Assembly: GCF_031769215.1 (NCBI RefSeq)
Contig: NW_026782003.1
Coordinates: 3,720,001-3,784,000, forward strand
Length of the DNA: 64,000 nt
DNA from: Ylistrum balloti
Taxonomy: Eukaryota
Direction: 5' to 3'
The notes under the pieces are model-generated. The model saw nothing but the letters and a program-made list of their open reading frames with translations. It had not been told where the DNA came from and made no database searches. Shown here in pieces: positions 25,101-37,100 of the stretch. The position numbers and the translations under genes are program-made. The number at the start of each line of letters is the position of its first letter. The first letter of the stretch is position 1.

Positions 25101-28100
25101 ATGTTGAATTTTCACCTCGGATAAAATTAACATCAGAGTTTAGATACCGTATGGATGAACTTGTCAAGATGGGTAGGTTTACTTTGACTGAACCAATTGC
25201 AAACAAATTAAGATTAGATGCCGGAGTACAGTTTAGCGGACATCCAATGGACTTTGCTGCAGTTGGAAATCTTGAAGCTTTTCCATGGGTACAAAGGCAT
25301 GAGCTTTCTGTCAACTGGCTGATGAACAAGATACAACTTAACGGAGACTTCAATTTCAGAAGTAATGCTTTCAGCTATGCAAATGCTCAAGTTTCCAGTA
25401 ATATGATGGGTACCTCCAGGACCAGTAAGTTGGCATTAGAGTTTATGGATCAAAAGAAGATGCGACCTCAGAGGATGAATCTAGTGTCTGACTACACAGT
25501 TCATGATGATGTCATAGATGGAACAATCAAGTTTGTTTGTCCATACACCAGGCCTATAAATATCCAATACACACAAACAGGAAACTTTCATAATTTCAAC
25601 CAAAGGTCTACAATTAGGTACAATGGGAATCAACAGATAGTTTCAAACTTGGAATTTGGTGACAATCCTAATATTTTTGGAAAGTTGACCTTGAATACTC
25701 CATACAGAGGAACAGAAGATGTTGAGGTAGGATTTGTTCATGATGGTACGGAATGGCAGAAGTTCAAGACTGAAGCTGTTTATGGTACTAATGGCAAGAA
25801 GATTGTTATAGAAGCTGGTTTAAATGTGGTGGATGCCATCATGGGAAAGGTTGCAATCAAGAGTCCATTCCCAGCACTGCAGATTGCACAAATTTCCTTG
25901 AATCATGATTTGGAGGGTGCAACACTTACCACCCATGGAGATGTGATCTTCAATGAATATGTAATAGAAGGGGACACAACTCTTCGTCATGATTCTACTG
26001 TTACCATAGGGTCGTTTATTTTCAGGTCACCCATACCTCATGCAGAAGAGCTCAGATTCGCCTTCAGCAAAGATGGCAATCCTAATAAATTCATGGTTCA
26101 CGGAGAGGCATTCAGAAATTCAGACAAAGTAGAAGTTGATGTCAACTTTGAGCACAATGATAGGACCACTTCCGGTACCATGTCTGGCAGAACAAATTTA
26201 GACAATGTTGAAGATGTAACTGTAACATTCAGCCGAGGAGGTGATCTCACTGACTTCACTGTTGAAAACTCTGTTAGGTATGGAGAAGATAAGGTTGAAT
26301 CCTTGCTGGGATTTTCCCACAATGATCAAATGACAACAGGTAGGCTGGTAAATCAAGGTCTTCTTGGTTTGTTTGTAACCGCTGAAGATGAGGATTTCTC
26401 TGTTTCCTTTTCAAGGAGAGGTTCATGGTTCAATTTCCAAAATAAGGGAACGGTGAGAATTGGCCAAAAAACATATGAAAGTACAGTCGAGTTAGCTCAC
26501 AACCAAGAAGAAACAACATGTAAATGGATTATTCCCATCCCAGTTGGCGACAATATTCAGTTAGCAACAGTGACTGTAAGTAGAGAAGGTCAGCTTAATG
26601 ACATAACAGTTAATGGAAAAGTTGAATATGAACAGAAGGAGGTGGAATTACGGTCAGGCTTTTCTCATGCACAGGAAAATGTCAACTTCAGATTCAACTT
26701 AGAAAGTAGCTTCCCTGATGTAAAACCCATGAGGATGACTTTGTCCAAGGAAGGTTCCATTCCCTATGACTTCAGAACACATGGTCTCTGGATGTACGAT
26801 CAGGAAACCATCGAGTTTGAAGCTTTACTTTCTTTGAATGCTAAATCTTTGACCAGCAAATTTTCAATAACTAGCAATGCTCCAGGAATCAAGGATATTA
26901 CATTCATACTAACAAATCAAGGTACACTTGCTGATGGCCTTAAGTCTGAGTTGAGTTTTGTTATTGGAGATGACAGGATTGGATCCAAATTGGAATACTC
27001 ACATTCTGAATTAAGCACTACAGGAAAATTTGAATGGGAAGGATTTGTACCAGTAATGTTGTCCTTTTCAAGAACTGGAGGTTTAATGGATTTACAAACT
27101 CAAGTTATGGCAGTGTATGGTCCACACAGTCTGCAGTCGGACTTGCTTTTCAACCATGGAGACACTGAAACAAGAGGATCATTCAGCACAACTAACAACT
27201 TCCTGGAGAGAAAATCAATGAAAGTTGTTTTCTACAAAACTGGTGGCTTGGAAAATTTGAAAGCTGGTGGGCGAATTGAATGTGATGATGTTAACTTTGC
27301 TGCAACATTTGGACTTTCTCATGACAGTATTACCACAACAGGATTGTTGAATACCACATGTACATTGGAGCAAGTGAAAGATTTGAAAGTTTCCTTCACT
27401 AGGACAGCTAGTCGCAGAGTTGACTCTATTTCTGGAGAAATTGCATATGGGACACATTCTTATACTGGAAAGTTCGATAAGAAAACGAAAGGAGATGATG
27501 TTGTTGTAACAGGTGTTGTAACCAATCCACATACAGAAGACATCACTTTCAACATTGATTACAATTCCCGTAGATATGGATTCACTTCTACTATAACAGG
27601 AAGCATGGGAGATGACAATAGTCTGCTATCTACAACAGAGTTCACTCGTAAAGGCAATGTGTTGACATTTACTGGAAACACTGCTCTGACAGTGAAAGGA
27701 GAAAATGTTTTGACAGAGACATATAGGCTTAACCATAATGGAGAACCCACAGATTTCAGAACAAAGGCTGTTTATGTTTATAATGGTAAGAAATTTGATG
27801 CCACTTTAACGGTGCAGGCTCCTTCTGTGGACAGTGCAGTTTTGAAACTTATTGCAATAACTCCTTATGATGGCTACAGGAATATGTTATTAACATTTGG
27901 AAACACCAAGAGTGGGTCAACCCACAGAAGCAACCTGGACATAACCTACGGCAGTAATACCATAGCAGCAACATCTGCAGTTGACATTGAGTCTCCTCAG
28001 AAAACAATTAATATCCAGTTTACTTCTCCATATGAAGGTGCAGAATCTGGAAGTTTAGAAGTAACACATCGTGGAGGAAGTGTGACTGACTTCCAAACCA

Positions 28101-31100
28101 TTGCTGTTCTTACTGTGTCAGGTTTGACTACACCTGTGCGTGGTGAAGTAATGTTTAATTACAATACATTTACCAACATTGAAGCCTCGACCAAGTTCAG
28201 TTACGGGGACATGAACAGACAGGCAGAATTTATGTTTCAGCACCAGGATATGCAGTTTGCCACTCGTGTTAACGCTCAGTCTCGAGCAAAGACCATAAAT
28301 TTTGAAGCGAGTGGAAACATTCAATTTCCGGCGATAAACACAAATGATGAAGATTCTAGTATTCAGTTTAAAGCAAAATTGTTAACTCCTTTTGAATCCA
28401 TCCGAAATGCAGAATTGCAGTATGTTTCACTTAATTCAAGGCCAAGAAACCATATAATAGAGAATATTTTGATGAAACACAACGATTTGATTTACTATCA
28501 GAGAAAATCATTATACAATGTTAAGAATGGTGTGATTAATGGTTCTTTCTCTGAGTCAAGTGATGTTTATGCTTGCGGATATTCTTACAAATTCCTTCTA
28601 GATCTTCCATCGACAACTGTTAATGTAGAAGCAACAGGAAGTTGGGATTTGACATTACCGGAGAGTAGCTATCAGATAATGGGTAATGCTTCGGTACAGA
28701 AAACTGGAGACACTATTGAGTCAGTGGAGGCCCACCTGCAGGGTGTTCATGTATCACGTACAGTTTTAGTGAGAGGAGGCTGGACCAAGAAATTCCCGAT
28801 GTTACCAAACCATATGGAGGTCAGTTGGGATGAAAACAAAGGACAAAAAGCTGGGTATAATATCAAATGGGGAAAAGTCAACCAGCTGGTTAAGGTCATG
28901 TCTCCTGTGAGGTCGTTGGAGATGAGAGGCAGACATGCAGACAAGCAACCAACTAAGGTACGGGAATACGAGTTTTTCTGGGATGCAGACAAAGATAGGA
29001 CCCAAAAAGTTGGTTTAAGATTAGAAACTGCACCAGACCAAAGGAGAACTGTTAGATTGGGGCTCAACATCCCTACAACTAATGGAGTTAAGGTAGGTTA
29101 AAATTCTTTCTTTAGAAAAAAAAGATTTGTTTAAAATTCCATTCATTTCCTAGAATATTCCACAATAAAGCAGCATATAGCTTTATTATGGATGATTTTC
29201 TGAAATTGAATTGAAATAATTAATAATGAGTGGTTTTTGAAATATTTGATGAGTGAATGTTGTTAGATGGTTGTGGAAATAGTATTTTGTCTTCGTGTTT
29301 GTTAACAGGTATTGAGATTATTTTGCCCCTTTGCCTGCTTGCCCACCACCTAAGGAGGGGTAGGATATATATTAATCATATTTAGCTTTCCTCTTGAAGA
29401 GAGGAGGGAACTTACCATATGTTACCACCCTGGCATCTGCATCAGTGTTGGTTTCTAAATGTTAAGGTTTTGGGTTCAAGTGTCGGAGGGCATCAGTAAA
29501 CTCCTCTATTATTAAACTAGTGTACTTATGTTTGGTAGATAGGTTACTATTAACTATTACATCCTGGAGTCAGAATGAATAATTTTTTTTCAGGAAAAAA
29601 GTCTGTTTTGTTTTTAATGTTTTGGACTTAGACTTTGTATGTAAAATCTAACTCCTTTGTAAATGTACTAGGGTACAGAATTTTGAATTAATGGATGCTT
29701 TGGGTGTGATGTATTACTAATATGAACCTTTATAAATGAATTTTTAGAAGAAAGTCTTGTTTGTCTTAAACATATTCGGCTTCATCTTTTTGTGTCAAAT
29801 CTTATGTCAATTTTTTGGTGCTAGTTTTGAAAGACATCAGTTGTCTCGTTGAAAGTGTGTTAGTCTACTAATATTTGGTTTGAGAGTTGCTTGTGGCAGT
29901 GGTTAAATATTACTTTCTGGAGAGGTTATGTGAGGTAAGCTTTTGTTATGTTTGGTCGGAATTTTGTTAGCTCTGCTGTCTGAAGGCAAGTGACCCTAAG
30001 CAGTTAGGCTTGTAGCATGCTGGAATGAAGGACTTCCAAGTTTGTTTAACAAATGACCATGACCTACATTCAAGGTCATAAGGATAAAATGTATTGAAAT
30101 CTTTAAGCAACTTCTTCTCAGTAACAAAAAGGTCCAAAGTACCAGTATTGTTTCTGCAGCATTCAGAAATGAGGGCTTCCAATTTGGTTCAATGACTTTT
30201 GTTCACTTTCAAGGTCACAGGGGTTAAATGTGCAAATGTGTCAGGGCTCCAAGTACACCTGAAGTACAGGTCGCCCAATGGCGACCAACTGAAATTTTTA
30301 GTTGCCATTTGAAATTTTTGGTCGCAAATGCGACCATTTTAGTCGCAACTTGGAGCCCTGTGTGTAAAGAACTTTAAACTTCTTTTCAATAACCAACAGG
30401 CACTAAGTATTTGTGTATTAGTTTACATTGGTAAAGGACTTTCAAATTACCAGAAATTTACTTTAAAAAAATAATGAAGTCTTCATTGTAAGCTGCAGAA
30501 CAAGTCAGCAATACAGGCTCATTGAGCCTCTTGTTATAGCATACAAATACCCTGTAGATTTAGTTCAAATCCACATTATATTATTCTACATTTAGATCTA
30601 AACCTGATTGGAATTTTGTTGTCAGCGGTACACAAGGTTGATGACCTTGGTCAATGTTAAAGATTAAAGTTGATAGTAGACAACACTCATTGGAGAAGTT
30701 ATTATAAGTATACTGACCATTTCAAGCTAATAGGCTAGGAGTCATTTTTAAATCTGTAGTAAATCATTTTTCAGGAGTTTTCTGTGGTGAGTGAATTTTC
30801 CAGACAAGAGAGTGGTCACTATGACAGTAGAACAGAATTGTCATACTCCTCTGACCCCTCAAAGACCATAGTGCTGACTTCAAGTTATGATGACCTGTCC
30901 CAAGGAGAGAACGAAAACTGCAGTTTGAGCTTCGGTCTACGTCATGCCCACTCTAATGTTGATGTATCAGCTATTGGTCACATCGCATCGGGTCCCCAAA
31001 AACAATCAACTGGTATTAGTGTGTCAACCACCACTTCAAATAGCCAAACAAAGAACCTCTTCCTCATGGGGGAAATTGATACGCTGCGTAAGCACATGAA

Positions 31101-34100
31101 TGTAATGGTAAGATTGTTTTTATTTCTAGCTGGGACATGTAATTCCAAGCTGCAACGCATTGAATTTTGTCATTTAACCATTGTCACTGATTCATGCTTT
31201 TAATGACTTCAACTTTGATAATAGAGGGCCATGTATGGATTTGCTTTATCTCTGTCCATTACTGATGATTAACCAGAATTCATCTAATTTGACATCCTCC
31301 ACAAAATGCATTTTCAAGGATATAAAATTGGGATCTGTCTGTGCATCCATCTGTTGTGGCGCTGGTACATGCATGATCATCAAAATGGACCAGAGCTCTG
31401 AATCCTTTTAAAACTACTCAAAACTTTGTACCCTTATCAAGCTAGTACTCTAGCAGTGGCTTTTGAGTTGGAGAAGGTCTCTATTTTAACTTTTTCTGGT
31501 ACCATGGAAATGGGTCAAGTGGTGCCATTCGCTATGGAGAAATCCTCTATTTAAGTACTTTAGCTGTTCTCATGGAAACAGATAGCCCAAATTACAAATT
31601 TTAGTGGTGCAGAGCATGACTCCAAAACTATTCAAGAGAACTACCTGAAACTTTGTTTACTTAATATCCTATCACTCTAGTTATTTCTTTTGCAATAGAG
31701 GAGTTCTCATTTTTTTGCCATAAAAACACAGATTGATTGGCAAATTTACAAATTTCATGGTTTCCCGAGCGTAACAACAGAATTGTTCAAGAACTACATG
31801 GAATTCAACATGTTTATGTACAAGTTAACATCCTGTTGATGCAGGAGTTTTCTTTTTGGATATTTTTCTATCTCTGTCAAAAAATAGCATTAATTATTAG
31901 CAAAGGTTTCCAATTTTTTTTGTAGCCCTCATATCTATATATATAACACATAATAATTTTTGTAATAAAAGTTATTCACTATGTTATCATTTTAATTGCA
32001 AATGATGCCAAACCATACTCAAATAGGAGAGGAAGTAGTATGTACATATTTTAGTACTATTAAGTTTTTTCCTTATACCAACAGGCCATTGGTCCATCAA
32101 AGTCAGTGGGACTGATGGGACAAGTTAGCGATTCGCCAAAGAAACTTACTATCCGTAGCACACATGATGCTGAAAATTTGATAGATGTAGAAGTCTCCTT
32201 TGATCAACAGAACAAGGCCCTTAATATGCAAACAAAATATGATGCAGGTAAGAATAAGATAATGGTTCTAAATAATGTTAGGAATAGTGCAAGTCTGCAG
32301 CAAAAGACAATTCTCAACATGGGAGTATCAACTTGATCATCACAGCTTCATCAGCACCAGAAGATATGACCAGCTCCCTGGTATCTTTTGTTAATAGAAC
32401 ACCAAGACTATAAGATATAATTAAAGACTTTATTTGCAATAAATAATTTTGATGATCTAAATTCACAGTATTCATAATTACAGTTAATTTGCAATAAATA
32501 ATTTTGACAGTCTAAATTCACAGTATTCATAATTACAGTTAATTTGCAATAAATAATTTTGGCGATCTAAATTCACAGTATTCATAATTACAGTTAATTT
32601 GTTAATTTGCTAAATAAATAATTTTGTTAATTTGCAATCTTAATTCACAGTATTCATAATTACAGTTAATTTGCAATAAATAATTTTGGCAGTCTAAATT
32701 CACAGTATTCATAATTACAGTTAATTTGCAATAAATAATTTTGTCAATCTTAATTCACAGTATTCATAATTACAGTACAAATTGACATTTATTGTTTAAA
32801 AAATGAAATTCTTTTGATATTTTTTTCATTAATTCCTCTAACAATTAGAGAGTTGATTGAAGTTAATGATGGAATGTTTAAACTTTGAAAAAATTGATTT
32901 TATGATATGTTGTGATATATGGCTTTAACTGTCTGACTTTGCTACGGAGCCTGGTGCTTGACTTGGTGTGATCTTTTGTTTGTTCAGAACATCCAAATAA
33001 TGTGTTACACCTGAGGACCCAATACACAGACAATATAGACTTCACTGCTGAAATGTACCGTACTGGTGACTTCCCTAGGCTACCTGAATCCCTCATCAAG
33101 CTTCGTCTGAAAAGCTCACGTCTACTACACACCAAAGTGCAGTGGAGGCCAGAAATGCTGTCAGATCTCATGGTAGGACCATTCGACTTATTCAATTTAT
33201 TTGTATAGATATGAATTTTATCTTTAAGATATAAGATCATTTGTGTTTTGCTAATAGAACTTGCACTCTGATAGTCTTTTAATATTACCAGCATGCAAAT
33301 AATTAAAATTTGTATTTCAATGTTTCATATTTGTTTTGAAGACAAAATGATATAAAAATTAAATGAATGTTAACCCTCCTAGTAGTAAGTTGGTTTTTAA
33401 AAGTGATTTCCTTGTAGGGCTACATTGCTGACACCCTTCAGAAGTATGGAAGTGAAGCGGACACAATGCTAGCTGAGATGTCCCAACTGGTGGGAAATGA
33501 ACTGGAGGACCGATACAACTTCCTCAGCAATGATATCACAGTGGAACTGGAACCTGTTGCTCAACAGTATGCTGAAGAGATTGAAGTAATGCATGCACAA
33601 TTGCGGAAGTTCAAGCAAAGACTTAATCAGATGTATAGAAATAACGATTTTTATCTCCGTGATGCAAATCAACAGATGGAAGGCAACATTCGTAAATTCA
33701 TGTGAGTTGTATACTTTTGTCAACTGTTTTTCATGATTATTTTTTTTCATTATTTGTTGATTTGACTAATTTTGTTAACCAACATCACACATATGATCCA
33801 CCAAGCAAGCCTTGCTTTCCATTGGTCACATGTAGAATTCAGAGTTTAGTTTTGAAATCTAGGTATAGTCCATCCCTGTGCAAAAAGCTTATATACACAT
33901 GAAAGTAGACAAATCATCCTTGTTTCTGCTTAATTCAATATAACCCTTGATATAGAATAAATAATTATACTCCCTACTTACATACAAGGTATATGATAAT
34001 CACTTTGTGCATCTGTGTGTGCATCAGTGTGTCTTTGATGTCTTTTAGTGTACAAGATGTCTCATGAACCAATGGACAGATTTAATTCATATTTTCACAG

Positions 34101-37100
34101 AGCATCATTACATCAAGGTCAATACATGGTCACACTTTGGTAGCCATTGAACACATTAAACGTTATAAGTCATGCTTAGTACATTTAGATAAAAAAGATA
34201 GGAGGGGGTAGGAGTGTGGGGATTGTGTGCTATATCTATTCTGTGTGAGCCCCTGCTCACTTTAATTTTATTTTTCAACCAATGAGATTAAATTTTGTCT
34301 TGCATACAATGGAATCGAGAAGTGATACATTGGCGTTAGTTTTCCATGTGGTGCCAGCAGCATGTTCAGTAAATTACAAGTACTATCATCACCAAGCCTA
34401 CTTAAGCCTACTTAATGGTTGTATAAGCAAGAGAATCTTGGTACATATTCTTGATGAAGGGTTTGACATACCTATAGTTAATATAAACTTTATTTTATTC
34501 CAAAACAACATGCGAATAATACATAGCAAAGTATACATAGGAATTGGAATTGGAAACAAGTTAAATAACTTATATAAATCCTTTTCCTTTGAATATCTAA
34601 ACTAAATCAAGCGTGATGGCGTAACTGGTGAATTATTTGGAATTAAAATACAGACAGTTAATAAGAACTCACTTTAAAAGCGTAATAGGAATACATAATT
34701 ATATTTTATTGGATTTTACAGTAAAATTAAGACGAGAAGTGAAATTGGTGGGGGGAGAGTAGTTGACATGGAATTAGAATTGTGCCATGCTTTACATTGA
34801 GCTGAATTTTTTAAGTACCCTAAACTGTCATAGCGAAACATGGAATACACTTAAATCTAAATCCAAACAGACATTTCAGATTCTGAATTTTACCTTAAAA
34901 ATCATTCTTGGTTAAAAATGGAGCTATGTTAAATTTTTTTCTGTTTATTTCGATGTTGAGCTTTCTTTCTCACGGAGTATTAAGCTGTCATAACTAACCA
35001 AACTTGGGAATATACTAACATCTTTTTGTGATCAGCCCAACACACATTTCAGATCTCAAATTTTCACCTTCAGTTTAGCATTGGTTGGACTTTGTTAATT
35101 AATTAGTCAAAGTTTTCCATTTATCTTAGCGTTAACCACTGTTTCTATCAAAGTATTTGGGCCGTCAGAACAAAACCTGGAACATACTTTATATACATAT
35201 TTAAGCGGAGATAAGCGGAGACACTCAAGACATAATTACCTATTGTTTGGTCATCCTGGACAGTAGATCTTCAGGGTTGGGCCCAGATAAAAGAAAACAA
35301 ACCCAAACTTATTCATAAACAACTTACAAAACGTAATACAGAGTTGATATCATGGCCACAAGGAAATGTATTTTAAGTTGCTATCTAAGATGTATGACAT
35401 GGTCTCTGATTTAGGAAAGACATTTACAAATTCATTCTAGCTTGAATAAGGTTGAATTGAAAGTCAAAACTGGATCTCCTTCATCTCTTGTAGAAAGGTC
35501 AAGAATAAAAACATATTCTTAAATGTCTGCTGATTCAGGAGTTGATATTTCTTATTTATTGTGCAGTGTCCGGTATGGCCAGGTTGTTTCTGCATTTGGT
35601 CAGTCAGTTAGAACCATGAGGCAGAGAACGGCAGAAATTACCAACAAAATCCAGACGTTCCCCTTCGAGGAAAAATACAATGAAAATGTCAATGAGGTGA
35701 TTGCTAGCTTGGAGGTTAGTTGAACCATAATTATGTATTTTTGTTCAGTAACTGTTGTGTATTTTGTTGTGTATTTAGTAAAAGGATCAACAGTGTCTAT
35801 ATATCTCTAACAATTTCTGTTGATATATTTACATTATAAGAAATACATGCATGTCCTTGCATAGGGATTATTCCTCAAAGTTTCTCATTTTCACTTTCAA
35901 GTCTTGCTAATTTGTGATAGATTACTTTTTTGTTTGAGTTCAACGTATTGAGAAAAGAAAGTGGTGGACACCGTTCTGAGTATAAAACTTTTTTCATTAT
36001 AGCTATTGCACATTATGCCCTCTTGGTAGTTGTGTTAAAATGCCTTGCAAATACTCAATGTTACAGGAGTACAGGAATGTTCTAGTTGGAGGTTAGTTGA
36101 ACCAAGTTGAGCCTTAAACAAACAGGATGTATAACATTGGTTCCCAATAAAAGATCAAAAACACTTTGACCACAAGTGTCTATATATCAGAATTAACTAA
36201 CAATTTCAATTTTGTTTTCCAGCATCAATTGATATATTTACATTCTAAGAAATACAGTGATCAACATGTAACAATTTCAATTTTGTTTTCCAGCATCAAT
36301 TGATATATTTACATTCTAAGAAATACATGCATGTCCTTGCATAGGGATTATTCCTCAAAGTTTCTCATTTTCACTTTAAAGTCTTGTTAATTTGTGATAG
36401 ATTACTTTTTGTTTGAGTTCAACCTATTAAGATTATGGCATTTTAAATGGCTGTTTTTTCAGTTAGTTCAGATATTTTTTCTAAGCATTTTGTGATTTTT
36501 ATAACATTTTTTCCCACATCATCATGAAAAGATTTGAGAGTTTGGCAGGATTGAGATGCTTTCTAAGGAATTCTACTTTGACCACAATTATGATTCTCCA
36601 TATGTAAAATTCATTTTCATTTCATGGAATTAACTTTTCATTTCATGGGACTTCCATACACAGAATCACTCTCACTGTATAAAACTTTTTTCGTTATAAC
36701 TATTGCACATTTATGCCCTCTTGGTAGTTATGTTAAAATGCCTTGCAAATACTCAATGTTACAGGAGTACAGAATACAACTTGAAAACACTCTAAACAGT
36801 GAAAAGGAAGTAATGGTAGCCAAGGTGACAGAAGTTCTTGAACAGTTGAGGGAATATCTGGCCAGTTTGTCAGATGAGTTGAGTCTGATGCTATCACAAA
36901 CATTGGATGATTTGGTTCAATATCCGAATGTGCAGAAAGCAAAACATCATTTAGAAGAAGTTTTGACATACATTCCTGATTCACCTGACCTACCAGATAT
37001 TAACTATCAGGCATATCTTGCCAAAATACACAATACAATGAAGGCAGTTCTTGGCAGCATGAAACTGGCAAAGCATTACGACCATCTGGTGCAGAGAACT

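Noticed and set aside
23072-29070. Multiple short antisense ORFs under the giant exon
   Set aside because: These are expected shadow ORFs opposite a long coding exon, with no recognisable motifs.
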